Origin: Anaeromyxobacter sp.
Lineage (GTDB): Bacteria > Myxococcota > Myxococcia > Myxococcales > Anaeromyxobacteraceae
Direction: 5' to 3'
Assembly (NCBI GenBank): GCA_049840735.1
Contig: JASGJN010000022.1
Span: forward strand, 512,001 to 576,000
DNA length: 64,000 nt
How positions within the stretch are numbered: the first letter of the stretch is position 1; each line of letters begins with the position of its first letter. A model generated the notes under the pieces. That model made no database searches. It was not told the origin of the DNA and worked only from the letters and a program-made list of their open reading frames with translations. Position numbers and translations under genes: made by a program. Below are positions 20,345 to 30,691 of this stretch, one piece after another.

Positions 20345-20950
20345 ATGGCCGCCCTGGACCCCGTCCAGCTCTCGCCCCGCTTCGGCGAGGCCCTCCTCAC
20401 CGCCTTCCGCCTCCACGGGAGGCAGGAGCGGAAGGGCTCGCGGGTGCCATACATGGGCCACCTGCTGGGCGCCGCCGCGCTGGTGATCCACTTCGGCGGC
20501 GACGAGGACCAGGCCATCGCGGCGCTGCTCCACGACGCGGCCGAGGACCAGGGGGGCTGGCCCACGCTGGAGGCTATCGAGGCCCGCTTCGGCCAGCGCG
20601 TGGCGCACCTCGTCGAGGCCTGCACCGACACCTTCGAGGAGCCGAAGCCGGCCTGGCGGCCGCGCAAGGAGGCCTACCTGGCGCGGCTGGCCACGGAGTC
20701 CAAGGAGGTGCTGCTGGTCTCGGCGGCGGACAAGCTCGACAACGCGCGGGCCATCGTGATGGACCTGCGGGCGGTGCTCGCCGCGGGCGAGGATCCGACC
20801 GCCTTCTGGCGCCGCTTCAACGGCGGGAGGGAGGGCTCGCTCTGGTACTACGGCGAGCTGGCGCGCACCTTCCAGGCGCTCGACACCGGCCCCATCGCCG
20901 CCGAGCTGGCGGCGGCGGTGGAGGCGATGCAGGCGCTGGCCGCGCGCTGA
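20345..20950 (+). CDS. HD-domain hydrolase, RelA/SpoT-hydrolase (small alarmone hydrolase)-like
   Basis: HGRQERKG..PYMGH, AALLHDAAED, VSAADKLDN. Confidence 0.88.
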   Translation: MAALDPVQLSPRFGEALLTAFRLHGRQERKGSRVPYMGHLLGAAALVIHFGGDEDQAIAALLHDAAEDQGGWPTLEAIEARFGQRVAHLVEACTDTFEEPKPAWRPRKEAYLARLATESKEVLLVSAADKLDNARAIVMDLRAVLAAGEDPTAFWRRFNGGREGSLWYYGELARTFQALDTGPIAAELAAAVEAMQALAAR

Positions 20951-21209
20951 GCGCGACGGCCCCGGCATCCCCCTCCTGCGCCCGCCGGCGCTCGATCGAC
21001 TCCACGCCTCGCAGGCCTGCCATCTGTACCGCTCGCGGTGGCCCTGTCTGGCGGGCACCGGGCGCGCCGGCCTGATGGCGCGATCGGCTGGTCGTTTGGC
21101 GGGATCCGTCGGTGTCGCGGCGCGCGGGGGCGTCTACGATTCCACCCTGACGCGATGACGCGCGTCCGCCGCCGCGGTCGACGGCCACGCTTCACAGGAG
21201 ATCGGAAAC

Positions 21210-22007
21210 ATGGCAAGCAGCGGAAACAGGAAGACGGTCGCCCTGATCACCGGGGCCTCCTCCGGCATCGGCAAGGAGCTCGCACGCCTCCACGCGGCAC
21301 GCGGCGGCGATCTCGTCCTCGTCGCGCGCAGCGAGCAGAAGCTCGCCGAGCTGGCGGACGAGCTCAGGCGTGCCCACTCCTCTCGCGTGACCGTGATCGC
21401 CAAGGACCTCGCCCAGCCTTCCGCGGCGAGGGAGGTCTACCAGGCGGTGAAGGACGCCGGGATCGCGGTGGACTACCTGGTCAACAACGCCGGGTTCGGG
21501 GGGCGCGGCGCGTTCCACGAGCGCCGCTGGGAGGACGACCTCTCGATGATCAACCTCAACATCGTCACCCTCACGGCGCTGACCCGCCTCTTCCTCCCCG
21601 GGTTCGTGGCGCGGAACAGCGGGAGAATCCTCAACGTCTCCTCGACGGCGGGCCTGATGCCCGGGCCCCTGCAGGCCGTGTACTACGCCACGAAGGCGTA
21701 CGTGACGTCGTTCAGCAACGCCATCGCCGAGGAGCTTCGCGGCACCGCCGTCACGGTCACTGCGCTTCTGCCCGGTGCCACCGAGACGGAGTTCGCCCGC
21801 GTCGCCGACATGGACAAGACCCCGCTCTTCGCGGGGAAGATGGCGAGCGCCAGGCACGTGGCCCAGGCGGGATACGACGGGATGCTCGAGGGAAGGATGG
21901 ACGTCATCGCAGGGGTCACCTTCGGCCAGCGGCTCATGCTGTCGTTCGTGCCGTTCACGCCGAAGAGGCTGCTCATCCGACAAATCCACGAGATGCTGAA
22001 GGTGTGA
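21210..22007 (+). CDS. Short-chain dehydrogenase/reductase
   Basis: TGASSGIG, LVNNAGFG, YYATK; AGGAG RBS upstream. Confidence 0.95.
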   Translation: MASSGNRKTVALITGASSGIGKELARLHAARGGDLVLVARSEQKLAELADELRRAHSSRVTVIAKDLAQPSAAREVYQAVKDAGIAVDYLVNNAGFGGRGAFHERRWEDDLSMINLNIVTLTALTRLFLPGFVARNSGRILNVSSTAGLMPGPLQAVYYATKAYVTSFSNAIAEELRGTAVTVTALLPGATETEFARVADMDKTPLFAGKMASARHVAQAGYDGMLEGRMDVIAGVTFGQRLMLSFVPFTPKRLLIRQIHEMLKV

Positions 22008-22051
22008 CGCATCGTGGCCCTCGAACAAGCGGCCCATCACCGGGGAGCCCG

Positions 22052-23053
22052 ATGACCACCGTCGCCACGTACACCTTCGATCAGTCGTGGCGGGTGGTCC
22101 TGGCGGACCTGGGCGTGCTTCCCGCGAACGTGCTTCGGCGGGCGTCGCTTCCGGGCGACCTCCTCGCGCGCGAGCGCGTCACGCTCACTCAACCCGAGTA
22201 CTTCCGGCTGTGGCGCGGGGTCGAAGAGGAGATCGCGGATCCCGGCTTGCCCCTCCGGATCGGCGCGACCATCAAGGCCGAGTCGTTCGATCCACCCATC
22301 TTCGCGGCGCTCTGCAGCCCGGACCTGAACACCGCGCTCGGGCGGATCGCGCAGTACAAGGCGCTCACCTGCCCCATGCGGCTCGACGTGCAGGTCCGCC
22401 GCGCGACGACCACGGTCGTCCTTTCGTGGTTGGACGCGACCGAGACGCCGCCCGCGCTGCTCGTCGCCACGGAGCTGGTCTTCTTCGTCGCGCTCGCCCG
22501 CCTCGGCACGAGGGCGCGCGTGCGGCCGCTGGCGGTCGCGTCGCCCGTGCCGCTCACGCCGGCGGCCTCCTACGCCAGCTGGTTCGGCGTGGCACCCGCG
22601 CGCGGCCGGCGCGCCGCGCTGACCTTCGCCGCAACGGACGCGCAGCGTCCATTCCTCACCTCCAACGAGGCGATGTGGCGCTCCTTCGAGCCCGAGCTGC
22701 AGCGCCGTCTCGCCGAGCTCGACGCCCGCGCGTCCACCGCCGAGCGCGTCCGGGCCTCGCTCCTGGAGCTCCTCCCGGGCGGCGCCGCCTCGATCCAGGC
22801 GGCTGCGGCGAGGCTCGGCGCAAGCAGCCGCACGCTGCAGCGTCGCCTCCAGGACGAGGGGACGTCCTTCGCGACGGTGCTCGCCGACACGCGCGCCGAG
22901 CTGGCGCACCACTACCTCGGGAAGACCTCGCTCACGGCGGCGGAGATCTCCTTCCTGCTCGGGTTCGAGGACCCGAACTCATTCTACCGGGCCTTCCATG
23001 CGTGGACCGGCTCGACTCCGGAGCAGGCGCGCACCCGGCTCACGTCGCACTGA
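22052..23053 (+). CDS. AraC family transcriptional regulator
   Basis: SSRTLQRRLQDEGTSF...EISFLLGFEDPNSFYRAFHAWTG. Confidence 0.93.
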   Translation: MTTVATYTFDQSWRVVLADLGVLPANVLRRASLPGDLLARERVTLTQPEYFRLWRGVEEEIADPGLPLRIGATIKAESFDPPIFAALCSPDLNTALGRIAQYKALTCPMRLDVQVRRATTTVVLSWLDATETPPALLVATELVFFVALARLGTRARVRPLAVASPVPLTPAASYASWFGVAPARGRRAALTFAATDAQRPFLTSNEAMWRSFEPELQRRLAELDARASTAERVRASLLELLPGGAASIQAAAARLGASSRTLQRRLQDEGTSFATVLADTRAELAHHYLGKTSLTAAEISFLLGFEDPNSFYRAFHAWTGSTPEQARTRLTSH

Positions 23054-23173
23054 GGGGCGGGCGTGCGCGGCGCGCGCGGGCGCTCCGGGATCGGGAGCGA
23101 GGGCGAGGGGGCCGACCGCGGCCCGCGCCCGCTCGTGGTTCGCCAGGCACCAGGAGCGGAGGTGGCGCGCCGC

Positions 23174-25263
23174 TCACCGCCCCTCCTGCGCCTCCGCCCC
23201 GGCCACCGGCCGGAGCTCCAGCGTCAAGGTGTGCCGGTCCTCCGGGCCGAAGCGGTACTTGTAGGCCTCCTGCCCGCGCAGGAAGTCGAGCTCCTGGAGC
23301 CCCTCCTCGCGCGCGTCCTCGATCAGCCGCAGGAAGAGCATCGAGCCCGGGCTGGCCTGGGCCCATGCCGGATCCAGGCCGGAGAGGTAGGCGTAGGCGC
23401 GCCCCTGGGCCGCCAGCGCGTGGAGCACGGCCACCGCCCTCCCGCCCACGTGCACTGAGAGCAGGCGCAGCAGGCCGGCGCGGAGCAGGGCGGGCGCGGC
23501 CTCCGCGTGGAACCGCTCCAGCGCCTGCGCCGCCAGCACGCCCTGCTGGCCGCGGGCGCCCCAGCGGGCGCGGTGCAGCCGGAACAGGTCGGCCAGCCGG
23601 GCCGGCAGGTCGTGCGCGCCGGCGCGGCGGAGCTGCACGCGGCTGGAGCGCTCGAGGCGCCGCCGGCGCCAGGCCACGTCGGCCAGCAGCTTGTGCGAGA
23701 TGCGGCCGCCCAGGTCCGGGCCCGGACCGTTGAGCGGCAGCACCGGGCAGACGTCCTGCGCCCGCAGCTCGCCGCGCAGCGCGCCGGGCACCGTCGCGGC
23801 CAGCAGCGGCGAGCCGGCCGGGAGCGCCTCCAGCGCGGCGCGGTCGAACCCGCCCACCTCGGCCAGCGCCTCCAGCAGCTCGCCGGCCGCGGCCGGGCTC
23901 TCCGCCAGCACGTCCTGGTAATCCGGAGACCGCCCCGCCCATCAGCCCCAGCACCTGCGCGTCACCCTGGGTGTACCGGAAGGTGGGCGCCAGCGCCGCC
24001 AGCTCGCGCCCGCGCCAGAGCGCCACCGCCGCCGGCGGCGCGGTGGCGAGCTGGTGCGCCCAGGGGAGCAGCCAGGCGGGGTGGCCGAAGGGCGTGGCGG
24101 CGATGGCGCGCGCCCAGAGCGCCCGCCACGGGCCGGCCAGCCGCTCCAGCGCGTCCACCGTGCGCAGCCGCTCCGGCCGCAGCGCCGCCCGCGGCCCGGG
24201 CAGCTCGGCCGCGCGCGGCGTGCGCGGCAGGCGCGCCAGCCGGCCGTAGAGCTCGAGGTAGCGGCCGGTGGCGGCCTGCAGCGAGAAGCGCGCCTCGGCG
24301 GCGGCGCGGCAGTCCTCCGGGCGCAGCGCGCCGGCGGCGCGGATGGCCTCGGCCAGCTCCGGCACCGTATCCACCACGAAGCCGGTCACGCCCTCCTGGA
24401 TCACGTCCGGCAGCGCCCCGCGCCGCAGCGCCACCACCGGCGTGCCGCAGGCCAGCGCCTCCAGCGCGGCCAGCGAGCAGGTCTCCTCCGCGCGGCTCGC
24501 CACCACCAGGCAGCGCGCCGCGGCCAGCAGGCGCCGCTTGCGGGCGCCGCCCACCGGGCCGGCCCAGGCCACGCCGTGCCCCAGCGCCGGCCGCAGCTCC
24601 GCCTCGAACCAGCGCAGGTGCTCGGGGAAGGGCTGCAGCTCGCCCGCCAGCACCAGCGCGATCCCGGCCCGGCGGGCCGCCGCCACGGCCAGGTCCTGCC
24701 CCTTGGCGGCGCAGAGCCGCCCCAGCGCCAGCGCGAAGCCGCGCCGCCGGCCGCCCGGGCGGTAGCGCTCCAGGCTCACGCCGTTCTCCAGCGGATCGAG
24801 CAGCGGCGTGCCGGCGGGGAAGGCGTTGCGCTGGGCGGTCGAGAACCGGCTGCAGGAACGTGAGCGGCCGCTGGGGGCGGAGCGCCAGCTCGCGGTACTG
24901 GGCGGGGGGCAGGTGCAGGGTCACCAGCGCGGGCGGCCCGGGCGGCGGCAGGTAGTGGACGTAGTCGAGGCCGTGCAGGTGGATCACGTCCGGCGCGTGG
25001 GCCTCCAGGGCGTGCGCCAGCGCCGGGCGCAGCGCCTCGTGCGCGCGCACCCAGGCGGCCGAGTCGTTCAGGCGCGGCGGCGGCGGCAGCGGCAGGAGCC
25101 GGCCGCGCACCCGCGATCCGGCCGCCGCCAGCACCAGCGAGCGGTGGCCCTCCCGCACCAGCTGCTCGTCCAGCGCCGCGAGCACCTGCTCGGCCCCGCC
25201 CACCGCGTCCGGCCCGACCGTGGCCAGCGGGAACGCCACCTGCAGCACCGTGAGCCGTCCCAC
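23174..25263 (-). CDS. Glycosyltransferase family 4 fused to GNAT (CelD/BcsL-like) domain; frameshifts near 24845 and 23923
   Basis: GT4 GGAEQV, KGQD, EETCSLAALEALACGTPVV; GNAT YLSGLDP, SPGSML, DFLRGQEAYKYRF; one-base removals restore PVSTAQR and VSDYQDVL. Confidence 0.85.
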
Positions 25264-25325
25264 GGCTGGAACGTGAGCACCTGCCGGCGACCGGGCCCGC
25301 CTGCCCGTCCGGGGTTCACTGCCTC

Positions 25326-25434
25326 GCCCTTCGACTCCGCCGCGGCTTCGCCGCGGCTACGCTCAGGGCGAACGGGTTCTCAGCCCGTTCGGGCTGAGCG
25401 TAGCGAGCCCGCAGGGCTCGCGGAGTCGAAGCCC
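25326..25434. repeat. Inverted pair of REP-like family A elements
   Basis: Forward copy 25326-25374 and reverse copy 25385-25434. Confidence 0.85.
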
Positions 25435-25463
25435 AGGGACGGTCATCCTGATCCTCGGCGCCC

Positions 25464-26402
25464 TCAGCCGCCGTCGTGCGGTCCCGCCCCCGCCCCCTCG
25501 CCCTCGCGCAGGTCCGGGCGCCGGGCGGTGGGCGGAGCGACCGGCACCACCCGCGGGAAGCCGCGGAAGGCGAGGGCGTGCCGCTCGCCGCGGGCCAGGA
25601 ACTTCACCCGCTGTGCCAGGCCGGCCTCGGCCACGGCGCGGGCGAAGTCCTCCAGCGGCGACTTGAAGACCGGGTAGTCGTCGTGGTGGATGGGGATGGC
25701 CACCTCCGGCTGGAGGAGGCGCACCGCCTCCACGCCCTGCGCGGCGTCCATGGTCACCAGCACGCCCATCACCCGCGTGCCGCCCAGGTGCAGCACCGCC
25801 AGGTCGAAGCCGGCGAACCGCTCCGGGATCCGCCGCAGGTCGTCGTACATGAGCGTGTCGCCCGTCACGTAGAGCCTGAAGTGCGGCGCGCCGCCGGCGT
25901 GCCCCACCTCCCAGACGCTCCCCATCACCGGCGGCAGCAGCCTGTGCACCAGCGGCGGTCCGTGCCGGCCGGGCGTGGCGGTGATGCGCAGCCAGTCGCT
26001 GCCGCGGCGGAGCGTGGCCTCGTCCCAGGTGGCGAGCCCCTGCGCCTGTCCGAACCCCAGCCGGCGCAGCGCCCGCGCCGCGTGCGGCGTGGTGAGCACC
26101 GGCAGCTCGCGCGAGAGGTGGGCGGTGGCCACGCGATCCCAGTGGTCGCCGTGGTAGTGCGACAGCACCACCGCGTCGAGCGGTGGGAGCTGGTCGATCT
26201 CGATGGCCGGATCGGTGAGCCGCCGCGACGTCATCCCGTAGCCCAGGTCGGCGTGCTCGCCGGCGTGGAGGAAGTTGGGATCGGTGAGCAGCGTGAACGG
26301 CCCCAGCTGCACCACCAGCGTGGCCGTGCCGACGAAGAGGATCGAGCCGTGCGCCGCGTCGGCGCCGGCCCGTGCACCCAGGGTCAAGGTGGTCCGGCGC
26401 AT
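25464..26402 (-). CDS. Metallo-beta-lactamase-fold hydrolase
   Basis: LLTDPNF, LSHYHGDHWD, PGRHG, YVTGDT, IPIHHDDY. Confidence 0.9.
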   Translation of the reverse strand: MRRTTLTLGARAGADAAHGSILFVGTATLVVQLGPFTLLTDPNFLHAGEHADLGYGMTSRRLTDPAIEIDQLPPLDAVVLSHYHGDHWDRVATAHLSRELPVLTTPHAARALRRLGFGQAQGLATWDEATLRRGSDWLRITATPGRHGPPLVHRLLPPVMGSVWEVGHAGGAPHFRLYVTGDTLMYDDLRRIPERFAGFDLAVLHLGGTRVMGVLVTMDAAQGVEAVRLLQPEVAIPIHHDDYPVFKSPLEDFARAVAEAGLAQRVKFLARGERHALAFRGFPRVVPVAPPTARRPDLREGEGAGAGPHDGG

Positions 26403-26404
26403 GG

Positions 26405-26630
26405 CTACATCTCGACCCCGTCGTCGGAGGGGATCGCGCCGCAGCTCGTCCGGGACCTCGCCGCCCGGCCTGGCCGGCGTGTAGCGATCGTCGGCGCGGC
26501 GCGGCGCCTGCTTCTCCGGCTGCTCCCCGGGCGCCTGCCCCTTCTCCTCCGGCGGGCCCCCCTCGTCCTCGGCCTCGTACCCGCGCTCCCCGGCCGTCCC
26601 CTTCCGCTCCGGTTCCTGGTTCTTGGGCAT
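26405..26630 (-). CDS. Small acidic hydrophilic protein (~74 aa), probably fused to the MBL ORF by an extra base
   Basis: GGAGG RBS before MPKNQEPE; removing one G of 26429-26432 gives ...DPSDDGVEM* with typical codons. Confidence 0.55.
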
Positions 26631-26716
26631 CGCGCACCTCCGCCGAGTACGCTCGGCACGGGGGCGCGGCGGCGCACGGCGGCCTCGGGCGTCGGCTCCC
26701 GGGCCTCAGTAACGCC

Positions 26717-26771
26717 CCGGTCATGGTGAGCGTAGCGGGCAGGCCTCGCCTGCCCGCGGAGTCGAACCATG
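26717..26771 (-). repeat. REP-like element family A
   Basis: CATGGT-TCGACTCC-hairpin-TACGCTC-ACCATG-ACCGG on minus strand. Confidence 0.8.
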
Positions 26772-26825
26772 CCGGGTGTCGCGCCGCCTCATTCGTGCAG
26801 ATGCTGGTGGTCGCGGAGGCGCGCT

Positions 26826-27032
26826 ATGCCCGAGGACCGGGACAGGGAGCAGGCCGTACCAGAGCAGGCCAGCGAGCAGCCTGGGGGTGAGCGTGTCGAA
26901 CCCCGAGCGGCGCCAAGGGAGCCCGAGCCCACCGCGCTGGTCGCCGATACCCTCGAGACGCTCCACGGCCGCCTGGAGGACGAGGAGGAGCAGCGCCGGC
27001 GCGGCACCATCGGCCCGCCCCCTCGCCGCTAG
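26826..27032 (+). CDS. Small hydrophilic hypothetical protein (68 aa)
   Basis: GGAGG RBS, ATG at 26826, MPEDRDREQ... Confidence 0.55.
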   Translation: MPEDRDREQAVPEQASEQPGGERVEPRAAPREPEPTALVADTLETLHGRLEDEEEQRRRGTIGPPPRR

Positions 27033-28120
27033 GCGACCATCTTGCGCAGCGGCGAGCGGGCCAGCAGCATCACCGTGCCCAGGCTGAGCGCCGCCGCCAG
27101 CGCCGCGTTGGGCAGCACCAGCCCCAAGGCCAGCGCCGGATCCGCCGCAAACGCCGCCTCGGCGCGGCGGAGCAGCTGCACGAAGATCGGGTGCACGAAG
27201 TAGACGCCCAGCGTGAGCCCGGCCAGCCGCGCCAGGCGGGCGCGACCGGCCCAGGGCCTGCTCGGCAGGCAGAGCAGCAGGATGGGGACCGACAGGCCGA
27301 ACCCCAGGCCGGCCAGCCAGGAGATCGGCGAGCGCACCGGCAGGCCGCCCGCGGCGTTCACCGCGGCGTGGACCAGCAGCGCCGCCGAGAGCAGCGCCAC
27401 CGCGCCGGCCACCGCGGCCACGCGGCGGGCGCGGGCGGGGGGCGGCGCCACGCCGCCCCAGCTGCGGTGGAGCCAGAGGCCGGCCAGCGCGAACGGCACA
27501 TACCCGATGATCCCGCTGGCGGCGGCGCGCCAGGCGTCGTCCCGGCCCAGCCAGAGGTGCAGCCCCAGGCTGGCCAGCGCGGCTGCGGCCGCGCCCAGGG
27601 CCAGCGTGGCCGGGCCGGGGAGCCGGCGCGAGAGGGCCGGCGCGAAGGCGGTGAGCGCCAGCAGCAGGGGCGTGAAGTAGAGGTGCGAGGCGGCCGTGCC
27701 CAGCACGACGCCCTCCACCACCGCGCGCGGCCCCGGCAGCGCGTGCTCCGCCAGGGCCCGCAGCGCCAGGAAGGCCGTCACCCAGGCCAGGTGCGCCGGC
27801 ACCAGTCGGCGGGCGGCGGTGCGCAGCAGCTGGCGCGTGGGCACGCCCGCGGCCACGCGCGGCCCCAGCGAGAGGAAGGCCAGCAGCACGAAGGCGTTGA
27901 CCGGCACCGAGACCAGCAGCTGGAAGCCCGCCGAGGCCAGCAACCGCGAACCCGGCGGGAGCGCCGCCAGCACCGCGTGGCCGGGCGGGTAGGCGGAGTG
28001 GACCAGCACCACTCCCGCCGCGGCCAGGAGCCGCGTGCGCGCGTCCCGCCAGATTCGCTCGCCGGCGCCGAGCGCCGCCTCCGGCCGGGCCACCCGCCCG
28101 GCGACGACAACCTGCTCCAT
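27029..28120 (-). CDS. Acyltransferase family 3 membrane protein
   Basis: RLLAAAGVVLVHS, RRLVP, HLYF, TLGVYFVHP; many TM segments. Confidence 0.8.
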   Translation of the reverse strand: MEQVVVAGRVARPEAALGAGERIWRDARTRLLAAAGVVLVHSAYPPGHAVLAALPPGSRLLASAGFQLLVSVPVNAFVLLAFLSLGPRVAAGVPTRQLLRTAARRLVPAHLAWVTAFLALRALAEHALPGPRAVVEGVVLGTAASHLYFTPLLLALTAFAPALSRRLPGPATLALGAAAAALASLGLHLWLGRDDAWRAAASGIIGYVPFALAGLWLHRSWGGVAPPPARARRVAAVAGAVALLSAALLVHAAVNAAGGLPVRSPISWLAGLGFGLSVPILLLCLPSRPWAGRARLARLAGLTLGVYFVHPIFVQLLRRAEAAFAADPALALGLVLPNAALAAALSLGTVMLLARSPLRKMVA

Positions 28121-28242
28121 GGCCCTGCACCCCCGCGTCGGCCCGCCGGCGCGGCGGGCCGTCACCGCAAGCTGTGCGGTGAGGTGCGGCGCGGCCCGCG
28201 GCCAGTCAGGGCGCGCCGGGGGTGGGAACCGGGGTGAGCACA

Positions 28243-28277
28243 TGAGAAAGGCGCCGGCGGGGATCCGCCGGCGCCTT
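28243..28277 (-). terminator. Probable intrinsic terminator after pullulanase gene
   Basis: AAGGCGCCGGCGG-loop-CCGCCGGCGCCTT hairpin followed by TCTC on minus strand (short U tract). Confidence 0.6.
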
Positions 28278-28304
28278 GGATGAGCCTGTGCTGGCCCTGC
28301 GGGG

Positions 28305-30452
28305 CTACAGGTCGCGCTTGATGACCACCGCGGTGCGCGGCGAGAGCGTGATGCTCGTGGCCGTCAGGGTGAAGCCGGACGGGGTGGAGACCGCGTCGGT
28401 GCCGGCCTCGTCGCTGTCCACCAGCACGGTGCCCGGGCGGAGATCGCTGCCGGTGTTGAGCGTGAGGTTGGCCGAGGCCGCCACGTTGACGAACACGAAG
28501 TACTCGGCCGCGCCCGCGGAGTCGCGCGCCTTGTAGGCGACGCCGCGGGCCTGACTGGCGTCCACCAGGGTGGTGTTGGCGTCCACCTGGGCCTTGGTGG
28601 CGAGCCGGAAGGCGTCGGTCGAGGCGCGCAGCGCGAACAGGCCGCTCACATAGTCGTAGGTGGCCTTCTGCGGCGAGCCGCTGGCCATCAGCGTGGCCCA
28701 GTCGATGCCGTTGATGGTGTCGGTGCTGTCGTAGGAGTTGTAGACGACGTAACCGCCGGTGTTGTTGCCCGTGCCCTCGCCCGACGGGCCGGCCATGACC
28801 TTGGCGCGCCCCATCTCGCAGCCGGCGTGCACGAACTGGGACCCCTGCGAGGTGGCAGCCAGCACCCAACCCAGGCGCGCGATCTTCATGATCTCGGCCT
28901 CGCTGGTGCTCGGGTTGAGCGCGAGGATCTTGGCGATCTTGTCGTGCAGCGTCAGGCCGTCGTGGGCCGTCATGTACTGGATGGAGTCGCCTGGGTCGTC
29001 GGCGGTGAAGTTGGTCGGCTCGGCGCGGAGGTTCGCGAAGAGCTGCTGCTTGTCGATGGTGACCGGGTTGTAGGTGCTCTCGGAGGTGAGGAACCCGACG
29101 TTGTCGTTGTTGGCCTCGGACATGCCGCCGCCCTTGAGGATGTCGCGGAAGCTGTCGGAGAACACCGCGATGTCGTTGGTCGAGGTCATCCAGGCCTGCT
29201 TGGCCGCGACGATGGGCTCACCCTGGTCGTTGGTGGACGGGATGCTGCCGCCGTCCATGTTCCAGCCCTCGCCCAGGAAGAGCACGTTCGGGTTGACCGC
29301 GGCCGAGGCCTGGTAGGCCTCGGTCATGGTGCCGGAGTCGATCAGGCCCATCAGGTCGAAGCGGAAGCCGTCCACCTTGTACTCGCGGGTCCAGTAGGCC
29401 ACCGAGTCGATGATGAGCTTGCGCATCATCTTCTTCTCGGAGGCGGTGTCGTTGCCGACGCCGGAGTGGTTGGTGCCGCGGAAGTAGTAGCCGGGGGCGA
29501 ACGCCGCGAGGATGGCGGTGTCGGCCATGTGGTTGTAGACCACGTCCAGCGTGACCCCGAGCCCCTTCTTGTGCGCCTCGTTGACGAGCGTCTTCAGCTC
29601 GGCCACGCGCGCGATGGGATCCTTCGGATCGATCGCGTACATGCCCTCGGGCGCGAAGTAGTTGTGCGGGTCGTAACCCCAGTTGTAGTTGTTGCCCGAG
29701 GTGCTGGTGCCGCTCTCGAACGTCCCGCGCTTGCTCTCGTCACCGTAGTAGTAGGCCTGCACCGGGAGCAGCTGCAGGTGGGTGACGCCCAGGTTCTTGA
29801 TGTGGTCGAGCCGCTCGGTGAACGCCAGGTAGGTGCCGGGCGGGTTCTGGAGCTGGGCCTGCGGGATCTTGATGGTCCAGTCGCGGACGTGGACCTCGTA
29901 GATGACCGCGTCCTCGCGCTTGGCGTAGTGCTGCGGGACGGTGAACGCGGCCCAGTCCTCCGGGTTGCCGTCGGTGTCGAGCGGCTGGATGGTGTCCGGG
30001 TCGATCACCGCGGCCATGCCCGCGCCGCCGCGGGAGCTGTCGAACTGGCCCATCGAGAAGGCGTACGGGTCGAGCGCGCCGCGGCCGTCCACCGCGTACT
30101 GGTAGAGCTGGCCGTTCGCGACCGCCGGCACGTCCACGGTCCAGACGCCGTTCCAGCCGTCCTCGTCCACGTCTCCGCCGCTGGTCAGGTCCTTGGCCAG
30201 GTCGTAGCTGGCGGTGGCCGAGCCGCTGTTCCAGGCCGCGTAGAACCGCACCTTCACGTTGGAGGCCTTGGGGGCCCAGACGCGGAAGGATGCGTCGCCG
30301 GTGCCGGCGTCGTAGACGACGCCGAGCCGGTAATCGAGGTCGGGGGTGGCGATCTTGCCGCTGCCGCCACCGCCGCCACCCCCACCACCGCAGGACAGGG
30401 TGGTCAGCGCTGCGACGAGGACGGACGCGAGGCCGAGCCGCTTCAAGGTCAT
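28305..30452 (-). CDS. Type I pullulanase-like GH13 lipoprotein
   Basis: Lipobox TLS-C + poly-Gly; RVWAP, YNWGYDP, DVVYNH, GFRFDLMG, GEGW, AHD. Confidence 0.92.
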   Translation of the reverse strand: MTLKRLGLASVLVAALTTLSCGGGGGGGGGSGKIATPDLDYRLGVVYDAGTGDASFRVWAPKASNVKVRFYAAWNSGSATASYDLAKDLTSGGDVDEDGWNGVWTVDVPAVANGQLYQYAVDGRGALDPYAFSMGQFDSSRGGAGMAAVIDPDTIQPLDTDGNPEDWAAFTVPQHYAKREDAVIYEVHVRDWTIKIPQAQLQNPPGTYLAFTERLDHIKNLGVTHLQLLPVQAYYYGDESKRGTFESGTSTSGNNYNWGYDPHNYFAPEGMYAIDPKDPIARVAELKTLVNEAHKKGLGVTLDVVYNHMADTAILAAFAPGYYFRGTNHSGVGNDTASEKKMMRKLIIDSVAYWTREYKVDGFRFDLMGLIDSGTMTEAYQASAAVNPNVLFLGEGWNMDGGSIPSTNDQGEPIVAAKQAWMTSTNDIAVFSDSFRDILKGGGMSEANNDNVGFLTSESTYNPVTIDKQQLFANLRAEPTNFTADDPGDSIQYMTAHDGLTLHDKIAKILALNPSTSEAEIMKIARLGWVLAATSQGSQFVHAGCEMGRAKVMAGPSGEGTGNNTGGYVVYNSYDSTDTINGIDWATLMASGSPQKATYDYVSGLFALRASTDAFRLATKAQVDANTTLVDASQARGVAYKARDSAGAAEYFVFVNVAASANLTLNTGSDLRPGTVLVDSDEAGTDAVSTPSGFTLTATSITLSPRTAVVIKRDL

Positions 30453-30691
30453 GGGATCTCCCGGAGAAGGGCGGCAGTCTCGCAAGGCCAAGCGATCGAG
30501 CGCAAGCGCGCCAGGAGCGCAGGTGTGGGTAGGGCTGCGCCGGTGGGCGCGGTCCCTGGTCGACTGGCTGGGTCCGCCGGACTGGGCGGCGGGCCGGGTC
30601 CGTGGCAAGCTGGTCCGTCCAGCCGGCCGCTCGCTGGCCTGCTGGCCCACCGCGGCATCCGCCGCAGGCCGTCATTCCAGGGGGAGCCCGC

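Noticed and set aside
21116..23083. CGCGGCGCGCG(G/C)GGGCG on both sides of SDR-AraC as att sites
   Set aside because: Pure G/C low-complexity match expected by chance at this GC content
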